Shown here piece by piece: positions 31,682 through 41,002 of a DNA stretch of 64,000 bases. The translations under genes were made by a program, and so were the position numbers. The number at the start of each line of letters is the position of its first letter. Within the stretch, counting starts at the first letter, position 1. Below the pieces are notes generated by a model. That model was not told the DNA's origin. It ran no database searches and saw only the letters and a program-made list of their open reading frames with translations. The DNA comes from Spirochaetia bacterium (GTDB lineage: Bacteria; Spirochaetota; Spirochaetia; UBA9216), in NCBI GenBank assembly GCA_963677925.2, contig CAXXYH010000004.1:896001-960000 (forward strand), written 5' to 3'.

Positions 31682-33306
31682 TTAAAATGTTAGCGAATTG
31701 TAATTCTTCCCTCGGTCATCGGAGTAATGGTTCCTCCAAGTGAGATAATGTATTCGATAAATGCATCTCTCCTGCATAAGGGATGTGTCGTAGTAGTCAA
31801 CTGCATCAGTAAACATTCCGTAGGCCGTCGCCGCCTGCTGCAAGGTAGCTGTTTGTAGCAATCCTGTACTCGGCATTCGGATCAACCTTTTTTGCCGTTG
31901 ATCATAAGATCGGTAACAGTTCCCTGCCGCAGAGTCAATTGTGAACTTAACGCCCTTTGATACCTGGGGGCATTGCTCCGTGGCCGATCGCAGCTGGAGT
32001 TGCATTGAACAGCTCAATAACAACAGAACCCTTGAGTGTAACGAGGGCCACCGAGTTGTCAAAAGGAAGAACCTCATAAACAGTTCTCTTCTGAATTGAA
32101 CCGTCTGCAATGCTTGTTCTCACACCGCCCTCCGTTCTGGAAAGCAAAATCAGCCTCAAGACCCTGTGTGTTTGCATACCAGAGCATTGAATCAGCAACC
32201 ATGTCGCCGATAGCTGTTTCTTCAACCCTTGAGTTATCGTTAATAAAAGGAGCAGTTGCTGTTCCGATGGTCTCATTAAGAACAGAATCTACCTTATCAA
32301 CATAGGGTTTCAGCATAGCTGCGAGCTCTGCATCGTCTTTAAGCTCTTCTCCTGCAAAATGGTAAACGGAAGAACCGTCCTCAAGTCTTTCGCGGTACTT
32401 AACGTTAATGGGTATAAGCTCGTAGTTAACACCGGTAACCTCGCCGTTCATGAAGCGCAGATCAACACGGCCCATGTACAGACCCCAGTGCTTCGCCTGA
32501 ACAACAGGAACCTGAAGCCCTGTTTCCACATTGGTTACCATGATAGCTTCTTCAACCTCGGTATGAGTGTGTCCGTCGATAACAAGAGCAATTCCGGGAA
32601 CCTGTGCAGCAAGCTTCTCTGAACCTTCGTTTACATCATCATAGATACCCATATGAACAAGGGCAACAACGATGTCGGCTTTTTTCTTAAGCTCTGGAAC
32701 AAGAGCCTTTGCAGTCTCAACCTCATCGAGAAACTTGTATCCCCTGATGTTGTCGGGGCTTCCGCTTTTTGCTGTAGTTGAAGTCATAAGACCGAAAACA
32801 GCAACCTTGTAATTACCGTAGTCTTCAATAACGTATGGAACTACATTTTCAATATATTCTCCGGTATCTTCGGTTACAACATTTGCACAAAGCCACGGAA
32901 AGTCCGAAGTTGCAATCTGCTCCTGCATAATTGCCGGTGTGGGGTCAAACTCATGGTTACCCATAGACATCGCATCATAACCGATATAGTTCATACCGAT
33001 GATGTCAGGTTCAGCCTTGAAGAAGTTAGATTCGGGACGGCCGGTATTGATGTCTCCGGCACTCAGAAGAAGAACATTTCCCCCCTCTGAACGAATCTCA
33101 TTCACAAGTGTTGCCTGAGCAGGAAGCCCGCCCTGACCGTCAGCCGGATAGTCGTAGAAAGCTACCGGATGTCCATGATAATCGTTGGTGTGAAGGATTG
33201 TGATCTGGTGTTCAACGTCGGGTTCGACAATCGGGGATGAAGCGCATCCCGCAAACATCAGAACAAGCAGAAGACCGCTTAAAAGCAATGCAATCTGTCT
33301 TTTCAT
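31682..33306 (-). CDS. 5'-nucleotidase / UDP-sugar hydrolase lipoprotein, C-terminal domain frameshifted
   Basis: Lipobox FAG-C; HTNDYHG, AGD, GNHEFD, GHTH; AFQNGG then VLPFDN in a shifted frame. Confidence 0.88.
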
Positions 33307-33426
33307 TTTTTTGCTCCTTTTATTAGATATATGACTTACGCCAATATTTAAGTATAAACCCTATTCGCGGAATGTTAAGCCTTTACTTAAAAACTTTGAG
33401 TATTTTGTGAGTAAGTAAAGATTTAT

Positions 33427-33610
33427 GGAGGGGGGAAGTCTCCCCCTCGCTCCAGCCGCGGTCCCGCTGAACGCGGTATCCCGCGTCCTTTACCCGGCTC
33501 CGTCCCCTCCGCCGGCGGCCGCGCCGCGTCTTCCGCTGCCCCCTGAAGTTATTTCGCAGTAATTGTGGCTTTCAGTCCGCCCTGTCATCAGCCTTTGTGC
33601 AGGCGGAGAG
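33427..33610. other. GC-rich multi-hairpin element (repeat/MITE-like or ncRNA, unassigned)
   Basis: GGGGGA-AGTC-TCCCCC, ACGCGG-TATC-CCGCGT, AGCCG...CGGCT and TCCGCC...GGCGGA stems within AT-rich flanks. Confidence 0.5.
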
Positions 33611-33689
33611 GAACAGAAGAAGTGTTAAACTCATTGCGGTCATAATTATTCTCTTCAATGAGAAGTATTTTGATTGGAATTATAGCATT

Positions 33690-33712
33690 AAAAAACCCGG
33701 GCTGAACCCGGG
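33690..33712 (-). terminator. Intrinsic terminator of the Fn3/DUF2271-like gene
   Basis: A-run followed by CCCGGG-loop-CCCGGG stem. Confidence 0.6.
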
Positions 33713-33733
33713 TGATGTTGCATGAATTAAAAC

Positions 33734-35398
33734 CTATTCAGTGGTCAGGGTGACATAAAGTTCACTAACCAGATCAGTAGCAGTTGTAATATATTCTGTC
33801 GTGCTCTGTAAGACTCCGAAATATACTGAACTGTCAGATATCTTATTGTTGCTGCTATTAGGTATCAATGTACTAAGAGTCTGAGGGGCTCCATCATCAT
33901 CTACAACTTCATTTAACGGACTAGTATCATAAAGAGTGCTATCGTATAAATCATCATCGGTGTATTCATTTGCAGTCCATCCAACCAGTGTACTGTTAAA
34001 AAAAGTGTCTCCACTGCCTGTGTCAATATCAATTCGATAAAGTATAGAGGGCTGATCACCAAAATAACTGTTTGAATCCCAGGAATGATCAATTTCAAAA
34101 TAAACAGAAAACTGGGCTGGTAAATCAGATAAATTCACTGATTCGGTTACAATATCACTGGTTTTATCCGTAGCACCAGAGACCGTATCTACGTCAGGAT
34201 CGCTTTTGTTAAACTGCCAATACGGCAGGGCGACACCTTGTAAAGAGTCTGAAGATGTATATCTATCTGCAAAAACTTTCGTTCCTATGAAAACGCTCTT
34301 ATAAAAATCATCATCAGCTTCAATCCATATTACATATGCTCGTGCCCCTGTGTAGTCTGTAGGGTAGACGAAATCAAGATCTTCTTTAAATACAACATTC
34401 AGTGTATTCGGAACTTCTGAAATCAGAGATACTGATTCCGGATCAGTGTATGCTGAATCTCCAGCTGTGTTTTTTGCACAAACCTGAAAATAATAGGTTG
34501 TATTTGCTGTAAGTCCGCTGATTTCTACAGATTCTGTATCAGCAGCAGTTTCTATGGTACTTTTTATTGTAAACGTATCATCCGTACCGTAATCAATTTT
34601 AAAGCCTGTTTCGTTTGTTGAGTTGTCTATCCAGCTTACAGTACAGCTGGTGTTTGTAGATTGTAAAGCTGAAAGTCCGGATGGGGGATCGGGCAGGATT
34701 TCTCTCAGATCAATATTTGTCACCGCGTAATCCGAATCTCCTGTCTCGTTATAGGCAAAAATCCTGATGTAATAGTAGTCTTCCGCAGTCAGACCGCTGA
34801 GGCTTGCAGAGGTCGCATCAGCATCTGCCGGTTCAGATGAAAATGTTGCAAAGTTCTCATCCGTACTGTATTCAATTGTAAATCCGTCCTCACAATATGA
34901 ATTGTCTGTCCATGATAAATTACAGCTCGTAGTGCTTGTTTTAGTTGCCGATAATCCGGACGGGGCGGCGGGTGCATCGTATGCGAATGTTATTGCCGCA
35001 GAGTTTATCCAGTCCGAGCTGCCTGCGCTGTTTTTTGCTGCAATCCGGTAGTAGTACTGAGTATCTTCTGCAATGGTTTTATCGAGGTATTCGGTATCAT
35101 CTTCATCTGCTGAAAAGCTCTCAGTGGAGCTGAAGTCTGTGGATGTTGATCTTTCTATTGTAAAGCCTGTTTCATCATCAGAGTTATCGTTCCATTCGAG
35201 AACTATTGAAGGGCTAAGTGTTGCACTTGAAATAGAATCAACGCTTAAGGCTGACGGTGTATCAGGGATTGTTGTTTCATCTTCTGTATCGTCTGAATTA
35301 TTTGGAGTCTCCGGAAAGAAAAAGTCTTCACAGGATAAAAACATGAGCGGGGCTGATACCAGTGCGATTATGGTAAATAGTAATAATAGTTTTTTCAT
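33734..35398 (-). CDS. Lipoprotein with three Fn3 repeats and a DUF2271-like domain carrying an SGAT flavinylation motif
   Basis: Lipobox FLS-C; three W.DNS..E.GF repeats; AYVIWIEA...ALPYW...DVDTVSGAT. Confidence 0.7.
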   Translation of the reverse strand: MKKLLLLFTIIALVSAPLMFLSCEDFFFPETPNNSDDTEDETTIPDTPSALSVDSISSATLSPSIVLEWNDNSDDETGFTIERSTSTDFSSTESFSADEDDTEYLDKTIAEDTQYYYRIAAKNSAGSSDWINSAAITFAYDAPAAPSGLSATKTSTTSCNLSWTDNSYCEDGFTIEYSTDENFATFSSEPADADATSASLSGLTAEDYYYIRIFAYNETGDSDYAVTNIDLREILPDPPSGLSALQSTNTSCTVSWIDNSTNETGFKIDYGTDDTFTIKSTIETAADTESVEISGLTANTTYYFQVCAKNTAGDSAYTDPESVSLISEVPNTLNVVFKEDLDFVYPTDYTGARAYVIWIEADDDFYKSVFIGTKVFADRYTSSDSLQGVALPYWQFNKSDPDVDTVSGATDKTSDIVTESVNLSDLPAQFSVYFEIDHSWDSNSYFGDQPSILYRIDIDTGSGDTFFNSTLVGWTANEYTDDDLYDSTLYDTSPLNEVVDDDGAPQTLSTLIPNSSNNKISDSSVYFGVLQSTTEYITTATDLVSELYVTLTTE

Positions 35399-35598
35399 GG
35401 TAAATACAGTCCTTTGAAAATTACTTTTAGCTGAATATTATGTTTTATAGTATCCCTAGGATTATACAGCTGCAGCTGTTAAAAAACTATGAGTTCAGTG
35501 TAAAAACGTGCGGAAACGGGTTAAAACATTGATATATCATAGAAAACCTATTACTATCTTCCATAAAAGAACATCCGATTTTCCTGGAGGAGAACAAC

Positions 35599-36048
35599 TT
35601 GTCAAAAAAAATAGCCGTTATTCACGGACCGAATCTTAATATGCTCGGGAAACGTGAAATTGGTATCTACGGCGGCAAAACAATGGAAGACATCAATGTT
35701 GATATTGCTGCCGAGGCGGAAAGGCTCGGTGTAGAGCTGGAATTCTATCAATCCAATACCGAGGGTGAACTTGTAACGTTTATTCAGAACTGCAGGGGTG
35801 TTAAGGATGGAATAGTTCTTAATGCCGGGGCATATACCCATTATTCAATTGCTCTGAGAGATGCTATTGCAGCCTCACAGGTGCCTGTTGTTGAAGTACA
35901 TATATCCAATATTTTTAAAAGAGAATCGTTTCGTCACGTTTCAATAATTGCTCCGGTCTGCATTGGTCAGATCTGCGGTCTTGGGCCGCATGGATATATT
36001 CTCGGTCTGCGTTCACTGATGGATGAACCCTTTGACCCATGGAAATAG
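35599..36048 (+). CDS. aroQ: Type II 3-dehydroquinate dehydratase
   Basis: HGPNLNMLGKRE..IYG, NAGAYTH.S.ALRDA, VEVHISN, RESFRH. Confidence 0.95.
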   Translation: MSKKIAVIHGPNLNMLGKREIGIYGGKTMEDINVDIAAEAERLGVELEFYQSNTEGELVTFIQNCRGVKDGIVLNAGAYTHYSIALRDAIAASQVPVVEVHISNIFKRESFRHVSIIAPVCIGQICGLGPHGYILGLRSLMDEPFDPWK

Positions 36049-36072
36049 CAGGAAAAGCAGAGGAGAACTATT

Positions 36073-36510
36073 TTGAGTGATAAAAAATATCTTGTAATTT
36101 CAGGTCCGAACCTCAACCTTCTGGGTGCAAGGAAGACCTCTATATATGGACAGGGCTCGCTTGATGATATTCATGCGGGTCTGGAAAGCCGGGCTGCTGA
36201 GCTCGGAGTTGAAGTCGACTGCCGGCAGTTCAACAGTGAAGGCGGAATAATCGACGCACTGCAGGAGGCTCCTTCAAAATTTGAAGGTGTCGTAATTAAT
36301 GCAGGCGCTCTGGCCCACTACAGTTATGCACTGCGCAGTGCGATAGGGGCCATGCTGCTGCCCTGTGTTGAGGTTTTTATTTCCAACGTTCACACCCGTG
36401 AAGAATTCAGGCATCAGTCTGTTATTGCTCCGGTATGTGTCGGTGTAATCGGCGGCTTTGGAAAGAAAAGCTATATTCTCGCTCTTGAAGCGCTTGTGAA
36501 TCTGAAATAG
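36073..36510 (+). CDS. aroQ: Second type II DHQase paralogue, catalytic His replaced by Phe
   Basis: GPNLNLLGAR..SIYG; VEVFISN; REEFRH. Confidence 0.85.
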   Translation: MSDKKYLVISGPNLNLLGARKTSIYGQGSLDDIHAGLESRAAELGVEVDCRQFNSEGGIIDALQEAPSKFEGVVINAGALAHYSYALRSAIGAMLLPCVEVFISNVHTREEFRHQSVIAPVCVGVIGGFGKKSYILALEALVNLK

Positions 36511-36520
36511 GGAGGGGCCT

Positions 36521-37285
36521 GTGAATTTCAAATGGAGTAAAAGCCTGACAGATCCGGCTGAAATTGAAAACTGTGCAGGGGAGGGCTTTGACCAGATAGA
36601 GCTTTCTGCAGTTACGCTTGAGCAGTTGAAAGTTTCAGAAGTTTCTGAGCTCAAAGACAAAATAGCAGCAGCCGGACTTATGAATGATGTCTGTACCGCT
36701 ATTCTTCCTGATGAGGTCAGGGTGACTGAACAGGGATTTAATATTTATGCCTGGACGGAATATCTCAAAAAACTGTTTGAGAAAACTTCGGCAGCAGGCT
36801 GCAGGTATGCACTGTGGAATAATCCCCGGGCCAGAATCCTTCCGATGGAGGGTGAAATCGGCACCTTTAAAGAGCAGGCTCTGCAGTTTCTTTTTGTCCT
36901 TTCCGAGACAGGTGAAGAATTCGGGACTGAAATACTTATCGAACCGCATCCGGAAGAATGGACTAATTATATAAATACATTTGATGAAGCCCGAGAGGTG
37001 ATTACAAGAGTCGGACGCAGCAATATTTCAGTTTCACTGGGTTTTGCCGGCATTGATTCAATCTGGCCTGAAGGCTCGAGGAGCAGTTCTGAGGGGATAG
37101 GATACTTTCATTTTGAAAATCCCGATGTAACCCGCAGAATGCGTACTGCGCCTGAAAACGGTGATGGTATTGATTATAGAGCCATCCTTTCAGATCTCGG
37201 CAGTGTTGGCTACAGCGGGATAATAAACCTGCCTTCAGATGCAGATTCAGATACTCTGGCCTATCTCAAGGGCCTTGTTTCCTGA
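36521..37285 (+). CDS. Xylose-isomerase-like TIM barrel (AP_endonuc_2) protein
   Basis: GFDQIEL, ILIEP...NYINT..EA, GYFHFEN, GYSG. Confidence 0.7.
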   Translation: MNFKWSKSLTDPAEIENCAGEGFDQIELSAVTLEQLKVSEVSELKDKIAAAGLMNDVCTAILPDEVRVTEQGFNIYAWTEYLKKLFEKTSAAGCRYALWNNPRARILPMEGEIGTFKEQALQFLFVLSETGEEFGTEILIEPHPEEWTNYINTFDEAREVITRVGRSNISVSLGFAGIDSIWPEGSRSSSEGIGYFHFENPDVTRRMRTAPENGDGIDYRAILSDLGSVGYSGIINLPSDADSDTLAYLKGLVS

Positions 37286-37308
37286 TTATTCAGGTAGATT
37301 CATATTGT

Positions 37309-37343
37309 AAAAGAGGATTTCAGGATGAAGTCCTCTTTTTTTT
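37309..37343 (+). terminator. Intrinsic terminator
   Basis: AAAAGAGGATTTCA-GGA-TGAAGTCCTCTTTT followed by a T-run. Confidence 0.8.
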
Positions 37344-37386
37344 GGATAAACCACTTTTATTATATTTCAAATATATCATTATAATT

Positions 37387-37415
37387 TTGACATTGTTTCA
37401 ATATCAAAATATAAT
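37387..37415 (+). promoter_or_regulatory. Sigma70 promoter of the GntR gene
   Basis: TTGACA-N17-TATAAT, perfect consensus. Confidence 0.75.
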
Positions 37416-37531
37416 ATAATTATAATTTGATTACGTGTTATCATGTACAGGTCTTGTTAAAACTTTGATTCTGTGTATTACTGTGCTTGATTTAATTAGA
37501 TAATTTGATATTTATTTATAGGTGAAGATAT

Positions 37532-38176
37532 ATGGAAGGAACAAAAAACAAGAAGGTCCAGGTTTATGAAGCCCTTAAGAGAAGAATCATTGATGTAGAG
37601 CTTCAGCCGGGTCTGCCGATCAATGAGGCGGTTTTTGCTGAAGATTTAGGCGTTAGCAAGACACCGATAAGGGAAGCGCTGAGACAGCTTGAGCGTGACG
37701 GATTTGTTGAGAATGTACCGGGGCGGGGTTCCACCATTACTTACATCACTTCAAATGAAATTCAGGATGTATTTCAGATACGTGAAATTATAGAGGTTGG
37801 TGTTGCCAGGAAGGCTGCTGCAAGAAAGGGCAATACTGAACTGGAAAAAATCAGGGAAGACGGTCTGAAAATTCTTGAAGCCGGTGAACTGATGGAGGAA
37901 AAGGTTCTGGAATGGGGCAAATGGGAAAATATCCACTATGCCATTATCCGATCCATAGAAAATGATTCGCTTGAAAAGATCTACAGCGGTCTGATGGACC
38001 GGATGACCAGAATCAAAAATCATTACGGCCAGCGTTTTACCAAGCGCAGATTCAATGATATTCTCACAGAGCACCTGGCACTTCTTGATGCTATTTTCTC
38101 CGGTGATGAGGAAGCGGCAGGCAGGAGGATGCAGGAGCATCTTTCAAATGCAAGTTCCTACGTGCTTGGATTGTAG
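37532..38176 (+). CDS. GntR/FadR-family regulator (FCD domain)
   Basis: LGVSKTPIREALRQLERDG; EHLALLDAI..GD...MQEHL. Confidence 0.93.
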   Translation: MEGTKNKKVQVYEALKRRIIDVELQPGLPINEAVFAEDLGVSKTPIREALRQLERDGFVENVPGRGSTITYITSNEIQDVFQIREIIEVGVARKAAARKGNTELEKIREDGLKILEAGELMEEKVLEWGKWENIHYAIIRSIENDSLEKIYSGLMDRMTRIKNHYGQRFTKRRFNDILTEHLALLDAIFSGDEEAAGRRMQEHLSNASSYVLGL

Positions 38177-38260
38177 CCTCTAATTCAGTTCTGAAATAAT
38201 CAATTAAACTAAACTGTTTGACCTTCCCAAGGGGGGAAGGTTTATAATTCGTCAAATTTT

Positions 38261-39871
38261 ATGGTCACACTGAATATGATTCTTTCACAGATTTCAGAGG
38301 TCTCATCCTTCCATCAGATCCGGCAGAACCTGGATTTGACAGTTGAAAATGTTGAGATGATCTTCGGCTCTGAGCATACAGACTGTGAACGGACTCTTTA
38401 TATCTGCCCTGCAGATATAGCGGGAGAGCTGCTGAAAAAACATAATTCAGACAGGCCTTTAATGCTCATCATCTGCGGGACAGACGTTCAGCCTGATGAT
38501 TTTGAGTTTAGAAAGAATATTTCATACATCATAACCGGTGAAGATGTAAGCAGTACCGGCAACCGGCTTATCAGGTTTATCCTCGGCTATAATAAGTGGT
38601 GTGATGATGTACAGCAGATTATCTACAGGGATAAAAGCATTTCAAAGATATTGAATCTGATCATAGACAGAACCGGAGGTGCCGTGCTGTGGCTTAATTC
38701 CGGATACCGTCTGCTTGCCGAAAGCGGCAGTGGTCAGCTGGAAAATGTCTACCTGAATGAAATTCATGATAAGGGCTACCTTTCAGAACATAGTATAGCT
38801 TCTCTTCTTGCTCTAAAAGGAAGTGTTCCTCTTTTTACCAGGGAACATGTAAGCGCCTACGGGGTTTCTTTTGCTTCAGGCCAGTACGGTATTATTACAG
38901 AGATTAAGAAGCGTTATGCATTCTCCAGATATTTCGTCCTTATTTCTGATGCTCCTCATAAGAACCATGGACTGATTGATGAACTGAAAGCCGCCTCAAG
39001 CCTTCTCTGTCAGTTTGCCGCAGTTGAAAATACTTCCTCCTTTGAAACAAACGAGGGAATATCCGATCTGCTGCAGGATTTGATAGAAGAAAATATCAGC
39101 GGAGATGCTGAGCTGTCTGAACGGGTTTCCCGGTTTCCCGAGGTCGTAAGCAGATGGTATCAGTGTGTTGTTGTTTCATCAGGAAAGGCATATGACGAAA
39201 ATCAGCGGAGTCTTCTGATGATAGGTCTTCATAAAATATTTGAAAACTGCATGACATGTTATTATGAAGATAATATTATCCTGTTTATCAGAAAGACAAA
39301 TATCCAGCCTCTTTCCTATGATGACAGGAAGCTTGAAGATCTGATGCATCAGCATAACTCCTGTGCATGTATTGGAAATCACACCGCCTTTCTTTCATCA
39401 TTCAGAACCCTGTATCTGAGTACTAAAATGTCTCTCAATATGGGGATGAAGCTTAAGCATGAAGGTGAGCGCAGGATCCTTATCGGCGAGCATTATCTGC
39501 TTTATCAGATCATTGATATCTGTGCCAATCATGGCGACTATGTTCACGGCGGCAATCTTATGTTTCTGTGTTCGCCTAGATATCTGGAACTGAGAAAGCA
39601 TGATTTGAAGAACAATGACAGTCTTTCCAATATCTTCATGGTATATGTTCAGAATAACTGCAACAGTTCCCAGGCAGCGAAAAAGCTGTTTCTGCACCGC
39701 AACACACTTCTGAACAAGATTGCAAAAATAGAAGAAATTGTCGGCGGCAGTCTTGATAACCATGAACTCAGGACAGATCTTTACTTTTCAGCCCTTGTCA
39801 TCGACTATTGCAGGATTTTCAGGAATATAAATCCTGTGGAAGATAAGCTGATGAGGGGTAGAAAATCCTGA
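38261..39871 (+). CDS. PucR/CdaR-family transcriptional regulator
   Basis: C-terminal HTH NSSQAAKKLFLHRNTL.NKI.KIEEI; 536 aa. Confidence 0.88.
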   Translation: MVTLNMILSQISEVSSFHQIRQNLDLTVENVEMIFGSEHTDCERTLYICPADIAGELLKKHNSDRPLMLIICGTDVQPDDFEFRKNISYIITGEDVSSTGNRLIRFILGYNKWCDDVQQIIYRDKSISKILNLIIDRTGGAVLWLNSGYRLLAESGSGQLENVYLNEIHDKGYLSEHSIASLLALKGSVPLFTREHVSAYGVSFASGQYGIITEIKKRYAFSRYFVLISDAPHKNHGLIDELKAASSLLCQFAAVENTSSFETNEGISDLLQDLIEENISGDAELSERVSRFPEVVSRWYQCVVVSSGKAYDENQRSLLMIGLHKIFENCMTCYYEDNIILFIRKTNIQPLSYDDRKLEDLMHQHNSCACIGNHTAFLSSFRTLYLSTKMSLNMGMKLKHEGERRILIGEHYLLYQIIDICANHGDYVHGGNLMFLCSPRYLELRKHDLKNNDSLSNIFMVYVQNNCNSSQAAKKLFLHRNTLLNKIAKIEEIVGGSLDNHELRTDLYFSALVIDYCRIFRNINPVEDKLMRGRKS

Positions 39872-39881
39872 GCTCTCTTAT

Positions 39882-39932
39882 TATATGCGGGTTGCACACA
39901 GATTTTGAAAAAATATGTAAAAAGTGCACATA
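39882..39932. promoter_or_regulatory. Tandem PucR/CdaR-type sites
   Basis: TATATGCGGGTTGCACACA and TATGTAAAAAGTGCACATA, 32 bp apart, upstream of the ABC operon. Confidence 0.5.
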
Positions 39933-40044
39933 GCCCTATCTTTGAACCCGTAATAGAATAATCCAAGAATATAATCATATTATAACAAGAAAATAATAGT
40001 TTATCGATATTGAAAACTCTGCTGGAAGTTTTAAGGAGGTACCA

Positions 40045-41001
40045 GTGGGAAAATATATTATCAGAAGAATTCTTTTGATGATCCCTGTAATTTTAGGAGT
40101 AACCTTTTTTGTTTTTACTCTGCTTTATTTTACGCCCGGAGATCCGGCTCAGATTAAACTTGGTTCAGATGCAACACCGCAGGAAGTAAACGAACTTCGG
40201 GATGACTGGGGGCTTAATGACCCCTTCCTTGTCCGATTCGGAACCTACTGCTACAACGCCTTTATCAAATTTGACCTCGGAAACTCGTATATCAACAACC
40301 GAAGCGTTACTGAAGAGATTGTTTCAAGATTTCCTAATACCTTTCTGGTTGCCGCACTAAGTGTGCTGCTTTCTGTTCTGATTGGAATGCCGCTCGGGGT
40401 TGCATCAGCTGTTAACCAGTATTCCTGGAAGGACAACGCTTCGATGCTTATTGCGCTGATAGGGGTTTCGATGCCCGGTTTCTGGGTCGGGCTTATGCTG
40501 TCGCTGCTGTTCGCCCTTAAGCTGCGCTGGCTTCCGGCGACAGGTTTCAACGGACCGGAGTATCTTATCATGCCCTGCCTTTCTATTGCTCTAAATGCAG
40601 CAGGACGAATAGCCAGGCAGACCCGCTCAAGTATGCTAGAGGTTATCCGGCAGGATTATATAACGACTGCCCGTGCAAAGGGTCAGACCGAGGGTAATGT
40701 TATTTATGTACATGCCCTGCGGAATGCTCTGATTCCGGTAGTAACTACAATCGGCGCCCTGCTTGGTATTCAGATGAGCGGTGCTATTGTTGCTGAATCG
40801 GTTTTTTCCATACCGGGACTGGGTACCTATATGGTAGCAGCCATAAAGAGCCGCGACTATCTTGCAATTCAGGGAAGTGTTCTTGTTATATCCATCACAT
40901 TCAGTGTTGTAATGCTCCTTGTTGATATCCTTTACGCCTACATAGATCCGCGTATCAAGAGTCAGTATCACCGCAGGAAAACTAAAAAGAAGGCTGCGTA
41001 G
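40045..41001 (+). CDS. Peptide/nickel-type ABC permease (DppB-like)
   Basis: PGDPA; RSSMLEV..QDYITTARAKG; HALRNALIP. Confidence 0.93.
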   Translation: MGKYIIRRILLMIPVILGVTFFVFTLLYFTPGDPAQIKLGSDATPQEVNELRDDWGLNDPFLVRFGTYCYNAFIKFDLGNSYINNRSVTEEIVSRFPNTFLVAALSVLLSVLIGMPLGVASAVNQYSWKDNASMLIALIGVSMPGFWVGLMLSLLFALKLRWLPATGFNGPEYLIMPCLSIALNAAGRIARQTRSSMLEVIRQDYITTARAKGQTEGNVIYVHALRNALIPVVTTIGALLGIQMSGAIVAESVFSIPGLGTYMVAAIKSRDYLAIQGSVLVISITFSVVMLLVDILYAYIDPRIKSQYHRRKTKKKAA

Positions 41002-41002
41002 A

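Noticed and set aside
33565-33595. Hammerhead-like CTGATGA...GAAA on the minus strand
   Set aside because: Stem II cannot form in the right register and I found no matching stem III with a UH site.
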